Under the pieces are notes generated by a model. The model was not told the origin of the DNA. It saw only the letters and a program-made list of their open reading frames with translations, and searched no databases. The position numbers were made by a program, and so were the translations under genes. From Lingula anatina (lineage: Eukaryota > Animalia > Brachiopoda): a stretch of DNA of 64,000 nt. The stretch lies in contig CM120645.1 in the NCBI GenBank assembly GCA_051362555.1, positions 19,096,001-19,160,000 on the forward strand. Direction: 5' to 3'. Below are positions 12,478-24,195 of this stretch, one piece after another; within the stretch, counting starts at the first letter, position 1; the number at the start of each line of letters is the position of its first letter.

Positions 12478-12828
12478 ATTGCAATTTTGGGATGAAAAAT
12501 GAAAAATCATTTTATAGAATTTTCTTTTCCCTGAGCACCCACGATCATCGTTTTGACGCTGATTTAATGATACTATTTAGTACTCCAAAACTTTGCCAGT
12601 CATTTTTCTTGAAAGTCTAAGTTCAGATTTTATCACTGATAAAGTAAAATAATGTCTTTCTTTAATGAAAATCTGTAATTAGGGGCTCATAACTCCATAA
12701 CAAAAACATATGAACCAAAATGATGGCACAGGATTGTAGCCTATACACTCCTGGTCAACTCTGCCAATTTTTGTGATAAAATCTTGTTCAGGGATGAAGT
12801 TACGCCCCATACCAATTGCTATCTCACC
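12478..12828 (-). mobile_element. Dispersed repeat fragment, possibly a Kolobok-like transposon end
   Basis: Reverse-complement homology to 59212-59560 (gatgaagttacgccccat...ttgctatctcacct); the other copy begins after TTAA. Confidence 0.55.
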
Positions 12829-15399
12829 TCAAAATAGAAAGGTGTTAAATTGATGATTAAAGCTTTGAGTTGCCTATGCTTATACATTGTAACATAAAAA
12901 TATAAACGTCGATATTTTATATTTTCGAGTTTTTTATTGCTTTAATTTAGCACAAAGATAGATGCATTACTGAATAATTAGATGCAGGAAAATACTCGAT
13001 TTTGGTATCTGGATGATAATAAAGGGTTACAATATCCTTAATGGTATGTCATATTGGGGGGGGGGGGGGGCGGTGCAGGAGGAAGTGAAGTCTAATGTGT
13101 ATGCAACCACTATCTTTCACTGTTCTTTTATTTAAAAACAACTTCTATCCACTGCCTCTCCTCAACCAAAGCTGTACTAATGCTTTAATTAGCAATAAAA
13201 TTCTAAACATAAAAGGTTACCTCGAAGTCACTGTGTGTCACAGTATTAGAAATACGCAGTTAGTTTTTGTGAAAGTCTGACAGTGATGTTGCTATTAAGG
13301 AAGCTCATGGGGCATGCCCTGCCCAGGGGTAGGTACCCCGTCCTGAGGGAGTGGTCATAAACCTGAAACCAGGAATGATCTTCTTTAGTGTCACTGGGGG
13401 AAAACAATATTGTGAAACCCGAGAAAGGTCAACATTTATAGAAGACAATCGGTACAAAATGTCAGAAAAAATGAAAAAAAAAAAATTGCAAAACTGTCCC
13501 TGTGACTAATCTTAAAAGGTGAGCTGAAGAGAATAGGTGCATGTGTCCAGTGCATGCTTTTTATTGAAACATTTTGCAGCAGTGTTGATATGAGCAAAAC
13601 GGAAAAGCAAATAATTCTCACCCACATTTAAACCTTCAGCATCAATAATCTAACCATTATATCGAAAAGGAGGGTATGTTAACAACTTCCATCACTTAAG
13701 TCTCCATTAGGGAACAGTTAGTTAAACACCAGTACCTCTATCCATTAAATATGACTTTCAAAGAAGGTCCTGGAAACCTATGGATGCCCTGACAAGCTTG
13801 TTAACATCATAAAACAATTCCAGCTTATTTTCTGCAAATTTAATGCAAACTAAGTTTGCAAGAAAAAAATGGCAAAGCTGCTAATTTGCAGCAAATTTGC
13901 AAAAACATAAAATTCCTTTTGCAAATTTGCAGCAAATTTGCGAGAAGTTTGTGGCAGGCCTGAAATTGCTAGGGCAGTATGTGTTGCAAAAGAGGTCCAC
14001 CAATTCACTTAAGTGGATTACAACTGAGCCGTCTTGGGTCAAAGAAGGCAACTTTTTGGCCTGTAGTTCATTTGTGAGGCAGTCCTGACAGAAAAAAAAG
14101 AACACAATAACCCCCGCAAAGATTCTGCTGAACACATTGCCCTCACAACATATTCCGAGCATTTTGCTTCTACAATCTTGCCCCACTAGTCTGCAGTAAA
14201 CCCATACTTGGTGGAAGGGGTAGAACTTTCAGGGGACTCTTTTGTCCATTATCAAAATTGTTTTATACTATTTGTTATAATTATTGCTGCCATTACTTGA
14301 AATATAATCACACACATGCACCCACGTACAAACACGTACACACACGGAGCATTTCCTTTACGGAAAAGTCACTTTTTTGTACAAAGTAGCAATCCATACC
14401 ACTTTGTCTTCTATCATCTAAGTTGAAGCCTTTTTGTAACCTTGTCACCTTGTTCCTCTCTCTAATTAATAGCTGACTGTTCTCAAACAGGACTCCTTTA
14501 TTTTTCAGCCAACAAGCTAGTGTTATGTTCCCTTCCTCATTATTCTAGGTGTTCACCAAGTGGAACAGTAATGCATGTTCTATTAGCTTTTATGACTCGA
14601 GAAGAAAAAAAAAAAAAAAAAAAACACATCATGAAACTAAATGATTTTATTCTTTTACAAAATGATTTGATCCATGAACTGCGCACACGATACGGCAGCT
14701 AATGTGGTTATAAAATGAAGTGAAGGGTAGACAAAGGTTGCATTTCCAGTCAACTCTTGGGGGTTTGACATGGTGAGACAGCACCATCAGAGAAGCATGC
14801 AGGGTTCGACCCCTTGATATCTAACCATAATAAAAATCCATCTAATCACTCTGTTGTCCTACCCATCACTACAATAACTGATATTCAATTTGCATGTCAT
14901 AACACTGACTTGCTGTTGCAATATCTAAGAAATTACATTGGCTGATGGAGAGTATGAATTTAGCCAGCACACTTCCTTTAATTTTCTATGCACTGATGGA
15001 ATCATTTAGTACCATTAAGATAAGTTGTGCTGTCTGCCTTCCATTTGTTTTTTTTTAAATACTCATGTCATATATGACCCTTCACCCAAAAATATTCCAC
15101 ATTTATGAAGTGAAGTCTCGAAAACTTAAAAAAAATAGAAATCCCTTCCCTCCACACAAGTTTTCCTACACAACTACACAACCTACGCTTGGGAAGCCCC
15201 CTAAATGTTAAGAAAAAAAATTCTGGGGAAACCCTCAAACATCTTCTATGTTCAGGTCGCCAACCTAGAAAACTATAGCACAATCAATAGAACCAACACA
15301 CTTCAGAAAAAAATAACTCCGAGATTGTCCTATTGATCCACTATCAAATAACCAACATACACATATATATAGATAAGCAAACCAAGTAAAGTCTTATTT

Positions 15400-15710
15400 T
15401 CTCAGACAGCATCGCTTTGGGAAACCAATCTGGTAAAACTCGTACATTTCACCTCAAGTGACCTGAGATGACCCGGTTTTCTCTCGCCGTCAGTGCAGAC
15501 GCACACCAAGCTCCCAAGGATGTTCTCCACTCGTCTGGAAGACAAACAAAGACCTTCTTTGAAGAACATAATGCATCTTTTTGACCATGAACAAAATCTG
15601 ATCAAACCTGCATATGGCTGCGCATGTTTAATTTCCGCTGCACTTTTTCTTGATTACGGAGCACTGAGCATATAAGGCGGCTGCTGGATATCCTCAGATG
15701 TCCTCAGCAA
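15400..15710. promoter_or_regulatory. CpG-retaining patch with a near-CArG/TATA-like GCATATAAGG; possible internal promoter or 5' UTR exon
   Basis: Many CpGs relative to the flanks, GCATATAAGG at about 15668-15677, minus-strand acceptor-like ctttgtttgtcttccag, and no similarity to the repeats seen elsewhere in the window. Confidence 0.3.
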
Positions 15711-15797
15711 ATAGTACATGTCTGGGGTTTCACAGTGTATTTATAGCCAGTAACAGAGGTATCAGAATTTCACAAATATGCACTGACAGACAATTGC

Positions 15798-15830
<33 letters not shown>

Positions 15831-16018
15831 CCCATATACTTCATATAAAAGTATTCTCATCTGGTTTTGCATTTATGCACTGCAGAGAAATTTTCACTGT
15901 ATAAATGCTTCACATGATTCACCTGATGGTGTTTTTTTCACAAATTAGTGTATTTTAATGTATCTTGTCATAGAGGACAAAGTTCTCATTGACAAATGAA
16001 CTGTGTCCATATTTTTAC

Positions 16019-16516
16019 CAACCACTAAGCAAAAAAAAAAAAAAAAAAAGGCAAGTTGTCTAATTTGAAACAAAAAGAGAGAGAGAAAAAAGTAAATTGC
16101 ACTTGATTAGAATATTTAAAAAAAATTGCTACATTTTTTCCAATTTGCTATCATTTGCACCCACATCTCAAGCAGACTCACAACTCCTACACATATCATT
16201 ACCATTTATATTTACCATCAACTAGGAAAAGCTGCATCATTTCCAATTTAAAAGGAGAAAAAATCTGTATTAAAAAAAGCAAAATTTAGATATGCACTCA
16301 ACCACTAAGCAAAAAAGAAGCAAGTTGTCCAATTTGAAATGAACACAAAGAGAGAGAGAAAAAATTGCTACATTTTTCTCCAATTTGCAAGCCCACTCCA
16401 CTCGTTTCATGGTACTATCATTTGCACCCACATCTCAAACAGACTCACAACTCCTCTACATATCATTATCATTTATATTTACAATCAACCAGGAAAAGGT
16501 GCATCATTTCCAATTT
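16019..16516. repeat. Local tandem duplication, units starting at 16019 and 16299
   Basis: Shared blocks caaccactaagc, aattgctacattttt, tatcatttgcacccacatctcaa and tgcatcatttccaattt, with indels. Confidence 0.85.
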
Positions 16517-16806
16517 GGAAACCTCCTCAGAAATTTATTCTCCCTCCATGCCATTATAAAAGACCACCTCCACTACTACCATCTCCTATACAACCTTCCA
16601 CTGCATTCACAGAGAATAATGAGATTAGGCGCAAAGATGTGGGAAATACACTTCCACAGCTATTGGTTGATTAGGTATCCCTATGCCCTGAAGGCTGGGA
16701 CGTCTAGACAGCCGATTATCTAAAGGTTCTACTACACAATATTTGTATGGCAACATTCTTAAGAGTCTGGCCCAGTTTGTACAACAACAACAAGTTGTTT
16801 TCACTT

Positions 16807-17509
16807 CAGCGGGTGAGAGTGTGCCCAGCTCTTTTACTAATTACTGCTTAATATCTTCTGTTTAATATTTCACAAAAAAGACTATAAATAAACAAAATAT
16901 ATACTGTCAGTGCTTGCAAATTAAATGAAAGCAGAAATGCATACTTTATATCTTTGTTGCAAATAATTTATTACTTACGTAATAGTTTTGAATATTTATT
17001 TATTTTGAAAAAATTACAAAAAGGCATTTAATTCTTTGAACTTTTTAAAATCTGCCATGTTTCTAAACATATATAGACATATACTGCTACATCACATAAC
17101 ATAAACTCTATTTCACAAGTTAGATGTAAAATCTTGCTGAGTAGCTGCCTTCATTGCCTTCAGTACTAGCATTCTGAACATATCTTTTTTTTTTTTTTCG
17201 ATGACAATAGCTGTAAATCTAGTGTTAAAATCAATTGTATCCCACTTGAAATAATCTGAATTGTATTCAATCTGTAATCAAAATATCTGACAAAAAGAAT
17301 AATAATAATAAATTTATTTTAAGTCTAAAATCCATTTTAAATGTTCAGTAGACTTTACATAAATTATCATGAATAATACTACATAAAATATCATAAATAA
17401 AATCTAGATAAAAAAAACAGCGGGTGTGAGTGTGATAGCACTAAATTTGATGCCCAGCTCTTCTACTAATTACTGCTTAATATCTTCTGTTTAATATTTC
17501 ACAAAAAAG
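16807..17509. repeat. About 75-90-bp direct repeats (16807-16880, 17418-17509) flanking an AT-rich spacer
   Basis: tgcccagctctt.tactaattactgcttaatatcttctgtttaatatttcacaaaaaag occurs twice. Confidence 0.85.
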
Positions 17510-19155
17510 TTTGACGGAAATATCTTGTGAAATCACAGGGTAAGGAAGGCAGCATTCATTCTATGCCTCATTCCATGTTACAAGGCAAATGCAGTAGGAA
17601 CACAAATATCGATTATTGTTGTAAGAAAAAAAAAAAAAAAAACTGGCTCAGTGAGCAAGTTAATCATGCTCAGACTGGTGAGCACTGTTTGATTAAACTC
17701 TGTGACCTTACAGACAAAATCAGTCCAAAGTGGAAAATAAAATTGTGGGGCTTTGGCAATCCATCTGTGTCCTCCCTGCTGCCTGTTCACCTGTAAAACT
17801 ACCAAGTGCACGGAACATAACATGAAAGCAGAAGGCTGGCTTATATTGAGGCACCATGATACCTCAGACTACTAAATATCATGTCAATCCGTGTGGTCCT
17901 TTGGTGATGTCAACTGATGCAATTTGGCCCATTTTCGGTCTAAGTTAGTCCTCGATGTGAGGAGATGCCAAGATTGGCTGTTACACCCTGTGGAAGGTCA
18001 AATTTTTACAGTCTTGGAACGCTCACAAAAAATGAAATGGATGAAAACTGAAACCCCAATTACCTATTTGTACTACATTTTTTGTACATGTGAGAAATCT
18101 TCTCCCCAGGTAGGTTGACAAAACTTGTACCTGTCAATTGTTCCAACCCACCGAGATTTCATGTACATAACCACATATCTCAGACCACCCCAAAGAGTAT
18201 ATGCCAAGAATTGGTTATGCAATCTCTCTGACATTTTTTGTAACTTCTACCTGACTAATAATAATAATAATAATAATAATAATATAAAATCTGGCTAAGT
18301 TTGGAGAACAAGAAAATTGAGAATTTGCAAATTGCTGACCTGTGTCCTCGCCTGTTGCCAATATAAAAATCACTCCTTGTGAACATTGAAGTTCTACCAT
18401 AGTATGGTGGCATTAGATTTGCTCTACTGAGCGTGATGTGTCACTTCTTTTTTGATTTCATATTTCCAATCCTGAATTTAATTTTTCCTAATATTTTTTT
18501 TTCTTTAGCACCTTTTCAAATCCTAAACAAACAGGAATTCATTGTGGATTACAGTTAATAAGAGAAAAAAATGAAAACAGAAAAATGGAAATGTATTTCC
18601 CCATAAGTCAATGGCATCTCAACTATATTTCAATGACAACAAAGGAACAAACCAATAAAGAAAATAGCTCTTTTTTCCATTTGCTATACATTTACTTAAT
18701 GTATTTGTCTCAATAATCTTTACTTGATTTTATGACAAATAATATCTGGTTAAACAACTCTGTTGTTTTCTTAGTGAAACAAAATATGATAAAGGAAAAG
18801 AAGTATGAAAGTAATGTGAAAAATTCAAAACTGGCGACAGGACATCCTACTTTTTTTAATTTCCACCCTGAAAAAAATATCCTTTTTTTAATCACTATAA
18901 TAGTCATGTGACTGTGACTTTACAGAAACAAAAACAGAGAGTGAAATGTCACTCTGCGACACATTTCTAAAGAATCCAAACAGGATTTCAAAGAAAAACA
19001 TCTCAAAAATAATTAAAAAGAGGAAGTTAACATCCATTGTACAGTAATGATGAATTTAAACAACTTGTCTGTCTAAATAGGTCAACTTTTATTGGTACAG
19101 CCATTCTTTTTGGGACAATGAATAAGACTGGGTTCCCATACCTAGATCTATCTAA

Positions 19156-19380
19156 GACCCCATTCCCATAGATTTTAGATCGATCTATCCCTGTGGGGAG
19201 TCTCACTAGATTACTGTCAGCTTAGCCTGCTTAAGCGTCTGTCCCGCCTACTAAAAGCTACAAGGGGGTAATTAACTATGGTGTGCGCTTGGCTGACTGC
19301 AATTTAGCACGAACCCCCAGGGAGTTAGGTCGATCTAAATCTAAATCTCTGGATTGATCTAAATCTCTGGGAATGCACCC
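19156..19380 (+). mobile_element. PIF/Harbinger-type MITE, family A
   Basis: TAA on both sides, imperfect TIRs, homology to the other copies. Confidence 0.85.
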
Positions 19381-19391
19381 TAACATGTACA

Positions 19392-19619
19392 GGATCCATC
19401 TAACTCCCAGGGCTTTCTCGCTAAATTGCTTTTAGCTTAAGCAGCTTAGATGTCTGACACACCTACTGAGAGCTGCTAAATGATAATTAATTACCCCCCC
19501 CCCCCCCCCCCAGAAGCCTGACAGACATCTAAGCCCCTTGAGTTGATTGGAATTTAGCAAGAAACCCCTCCAAGATAAATCGATCAACAGTTAGTAAGAT
19601 AGGGTCTGGGAATGGTCCC
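19392..19619 (-). mobile_element. Diverged relative of MITE family A
   Basis: Shares ctaactccc, cgctaaattgc, cctact and taattaccc blocks and a gggaatgg-type end followed by TAA. Confidence 0.55.
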
Positions 19620-20985
19620 TAAGCTTTGTGCATCAGGGACAGCCAAAAGAAGTCTTTATTATTAATACAGGAGCAACATCTGATAATGTCAACAGAACAT
19701 GCCAAAACAAATGATCAAATTTCACCATAAACACAATTTTAGTGAAGTTCATCTGAATCCAACAAATGAAAGAGGAAGCAAATTTTCCTAGAAGCTGCCC
19801 ATATATCAATACAACTAACTTTTATTTTCATTTTTTATTTTTATTATAAGTAAAACCAAAGTCATCATATAACTTATTTTGAGAAAAAATGACTTCTGAC
19901 AAATTGAAATCAAAGAGGAAGTAAAATCTAAAGCATGATGAAAATAAAAAGAACATAAATATATCTTTATGCTAACATGCTTGTACAAAACCTGATAACA
20001 TGTCAACTATGATAGGACCAAATACATGTACAAGTAATACCTTACACATATCATCATCACAACAGCATGACCACATTGGTTTTTTTGGAAAAAACAAACA
20101 AACAAACAAACAAAAAAACAATGTGCTTTATCTTTTTTTTATTGATATCTCAGGATTAAAATCTCCCTCCCCCCTATATTTCCAATAATTTAAATAATCT
20201 TAAATAAATTCTAGATAGGTATTGGTGTATCTAAATCTATAGTAATTTGTCACTTTGTAAGTCAATTTGTACCTAAATAAATTCAAAACAAACTTTCAGG
20301 ATTTATAAAGCTGGTGCAAAATTAAAACCACATTGTGGTAAAAAAACAAGGGAAAGAAAAGGATGTCTTCCTTGTTATTGTCCCAGGACAAACCAAATAA
20401 ACCAAAAATTCCATCTTGGTATTGGCCAGAGTATACCATGACATACATAGCTTCCTATCCAACAGCAAATACCATAGTTGCTTTATTTTACCAGTCACGA
20501 CTCTTTTGGTACATATGCACCCAAGTTTTGGCAGCAATAAACAAGTAAACAAGCAAAGTCATGCAAGGCTAGTTTTGTACATCTCTGTCATCCCAAAGTC
20601 GTGACATTTTTCACCATGATGCTCTCCCACTGCCCTCACTACCTTCCTGTACCTGCCACTTACACACTGCACAAAATGCTAGGCTTGGCTCAACTCAAGG
20701 TTCCGCATTCAGGATCTTGCCATAAAAAAAGAGGAAAAGCCAAATTTCCCTGCAATCCTTAACAACTTTTACACACCTGTTCGAGCACCATGCAACCCCC
20801 ATTGAGTTCCAAACTCAAAAACATGTTTAAAGCATTATTACCTTTTCTTCTTTTGACTTTAGGGTAGCTGCAGTCAAAGAAACAGATGTACGCATGCATT
20901 TCTCATTTAAAGCAGGGACAGTAATTTCAGGTGTACAAAGGGTGGAATGAGAGAGTCACATCAGTGCCTAACTGTACTTGACCTT

Positions 20986-21020
<35 letters not shown>

Positions 21021-21057
21021 CTTGGTCGTGGTAGGAGTAGCAGTGGCAGTAGCAGTA

Positions 21058-21223
21058 CAGGGGCTGATTTAGGCCATCTTCTGGGTCTTCCGGAAGACGG
21101 TCAGATTTTCAAGTTAACATTGACGGGTATCTAATTTTTTCTGTCGGAAGACGGTCAAAATGGAGGACGGATCAACAAAGATAATTTGGAAGACTGTCAG
21201 AAAATATCTCTGAATCCGCCCTG
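21058..21223 (+). mobile_element. CAGG-ended MITE family D inside an (AGT)n microsatellite
   Basis: Termini CAGGGGCTGATT / AATCCGCCCTG; 5-bp TSD CAGTA; homologous to 35659-35824. Confidence 0.75.
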
Positions 21224-21478
21224 CAGTAGTAGCAGTAGGTAGCAGTAGCAGATGTAGTAAAAGTAGTAGCATAATGGTAGTAGCCAGTAGTAGTAATTTC
21301 ACTTTTCAACTTGATAGCAAAGCTAGCATTGTGCGAGTAGGAAGACCACATGACATACAACCAATAAGTCAAAGAAACAGGAATATTCAAAAGTAACACA
21401 TGATAATAATTCTGTAGTTTTTACCTCAACACCAGATGGGCAAAAGGAGACAAGTGAGAGAATGAAAGTGTATTAAAC

Positions 21479-21644
21479 CAGGCCTGTAGCCGGGGGATCC
21501 AGTTGTTTTGAAAGAACCTCCCCTTTGGTCAGGAAAAGGTCTATTTTGGGTAAATTTTTATCTAGGTACACATAAGTTTCATAGTAAAAGGTCCACCTTT
21601 TTAGAAAAAGAACCCCCCTTTTGAATTAGCTGGCTACAGGCCTG
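21479..21644 (-). mobile_element. CAGG-ended MITE family C, reverse copy
   Basis: TIR CAGGCCTGTAGCC; 5-bp TSD TAAAC. Confidence 0.8.
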
Positions 21645-21699
21645 TAAACAGTGGCATAACCCTTTAGATCCAGAGCAGAACAATGGTTTGTCACTTTTA

Positions 21700-21909
21700 G
21701 GCTTCGTTCACATGGAATGTCTATTTTCTAAATTCTATTTTCTATTCGCGGTATGTCTTATGACAGTTACTATAAGTGTACCTATAAGTAACTGGCTCGC
21801 GCTGCCAGTAATTACGCTGCAGGATATTCAGGGCACAGACCGTGATCATAAGACATACCACGAATAGAAAATAGAATTTAGAAAATAGACATTGCATGTG
21901 AATGAAGCC
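21700..21909. mobile_element. Tourist/Harbinger-like MITE
   Basis: About 65-bp near-perfect TIRs starting GGCTTCGTTCACATG; TTA TSD. Confidence 0.85.
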
Positions 21910-23764
21910 TTACTAGCCCTTATGATATATTCATATATAATTTTCGTACATTTTACCTTGCTGTTAAGGGGCAAATTGCTGAATTGTCTGGGGAAATCAG
22001 TCTTTTTTTTTCTATGGGGTCATCTACCTCAGCTGGGCTCCCTCTCCAAAGGTTGACCTACAATTCAACCATGAAAGAACATCCTAGAAAATTTTAATCA
22101 AGGAACAGAAATGTGGCTTGTACATATATTCGGCTTGGATAAAATTCTAATGGCAGAGTAAATTTCTATTAATATCTTTTGTCACTTTGAAGGTTCAACC
22201 AATATTTTATTAAAACTAATACGGGATCGCAATTAGATAAAATTATGCTGAATGTTAGGTATATAAATGTTCATGACAAATTGAAACTTATAGTAAACAT
22301 AATTACTGCCAGATAGTACTATATGTGGGATATTTGTCTCTTTTATATCAAATTATATAATATGCAGAGTTAAGTATTGTTCAACCTTCATCAGGGCTAT
22401 ATACAGAACAGTAAAGCAAACAGAAATATAAAAAAGGGATAGAAAATATAGTTAATAATTAATAACATGTAGGAGTGAAGGATTAACTTGATGTCAACAA
22501 ACCAGCAGAAAGTGTGGGATAAGAAAAACAATTACAAATTCGTGTGCAATTCTTGGGAAGAATGACGTCTCTGAGCAATACTCTTTAAACTGTATGCTTT
22601 GAAACCTTAAGTTTATAAGGGAAGGCTAATTGAGGAAACACACTCTGGAGTTTGACACACACCTTACAATTCTAACTGCAATCAAGCTATCTACTTTGTA
22701 GAAATCACCCTAAAACGCTACATTTTAAAAATAGTGCTGGATGAATTTATGAAGTTCCGAACTCCAACACAGACAAACAACAGAGCTATTAATAGCAACG
22801 CCCATCCACGCAGCTGTCATCGCTCACTTTAACAGTAAATGACTATCATCCATTAATGATGGTAATGCTACATGGGGCAGCCTACATTAAGGGACAAACT
22901 AACTTATATGCACTAGAGCACAGGTAGAAAGGTAAAATCTAGTGCCAATAATCAGGAAATGTGAGCAAAATTATTCATTTCATTAGCGCAGTGCTAGTAT
23001 ACATAGATTAAGTGGTGAATTGGTAACATCTATACTCGGTCTATATCGGTCTGATCTTAGAAGCCCAATCCTTCACTCCTATTCCTATGGTATCAAATAA
23101 ACCCAGTATTTTCACTACTATCAACATACATATATATATACATATAAGGAAAAAATGATACAACGTCTTTGTATGCAATGCCAAATTTAGTGTTATGAAG
23201 TACGATATCCCTTGGTCACACCCTAAGTATGAAAGAGAAAAACTCTCACACCAGCTGCTGAATTGCGAGTTTGGTATATTGCGTAAATGGCTACCCATTC
23301 CGCTGATACCTTATTTTAACCTCATTGCACATAGCTAATTTTAACTTCAAAATGCATATGCTATACATAGTAAAGGTATGAGAGGGATTTCATGAGAAAA
23401 GTTTTGGTTATGATATATAATGTTTCCAAAAAAAAAAAAAGTTTGGTTTTTTTTTTGTGGAACAGGCCAAGAATTGTATCAGATTCTACTTGCTTATTAA
23501 TGTTGGAGAATGTAAGTGTTGGCTCATATATCCTACATTTTGGTTAAGAAATAAATAAAAAAATCTTTCCTTAAGGTATTTTAAGCAAGCATATCATCCT
23601 CCCCTGTTATCCAAGTCCTTCTGTAAAACATGGACAAAAATATCCATTCAAACCTGTTTTTAAGTCTGCTTGCTATAGAATATGGACAGTACGCAGTTAT
23701 CAATTTTAATTAATTAGGGAAATGTGATCCTTATGCACCTGGTATACCTTTGACATGAAAAAAA

Positions 23765-24195
23765 TGTCACGACAGATTCACGCACATTGTTACAGTGAAT
23801 GAATCCGTATACGTGTTCAGATTATGAAACCTGTCAGGCATCAGCAGAAGAAAAACGTCATCATCCTATTGTCATATGCACAAAGTATATATCAGCCACA
23901 ATAACGTCACTGCATACAGACACTTCCTGAAAATAAAGTATATACAAACTCATCTCCAGCTAATAATTCATCAAGATGTGTTTCAATATTAATCACAGTC
24001 AAGGAAAAAACGTCATGAAACACAGTGATGCATATGACAATTTAGTCCCTCAGTGACGTCCGTCTCCACATCCTGTTACGTAGCTTGTGCCCCATCTAAT
24101 AACTACAAGGACGCAAGCACTGGTATAATTCCCGTCATAATAGGATGGTCACGGCTGGGTATTATCTGAACAGATGATCTCAATAGCCGCAAGTC
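23765..24195. promoter_or_regulatory. Candidate intronic enhancer or promoter with clustered CRE/ATF-type sites
   Basis: AACGTCA three times (about 23855, 23903, 24009), GTGACGTC (about 24053), TTACGTA (about 24076) and ETS-like ACTTCCTG (about 23922), in a locally CpG-retaining patch. Confidence 0.4.

Noticed and set aside
13787-13975. TTTGC/GCAAA self-complementary patch with CCC...GGG ends
   Set aside because: Probably a degenerate MITE, but no TSD, clear TIR or second copy.
14758-14815. tRNA or SINE head suggested by GGTTCGACCCC
   Set aside because: B-box-like motif only; no cloverleaf and no second copy seen.
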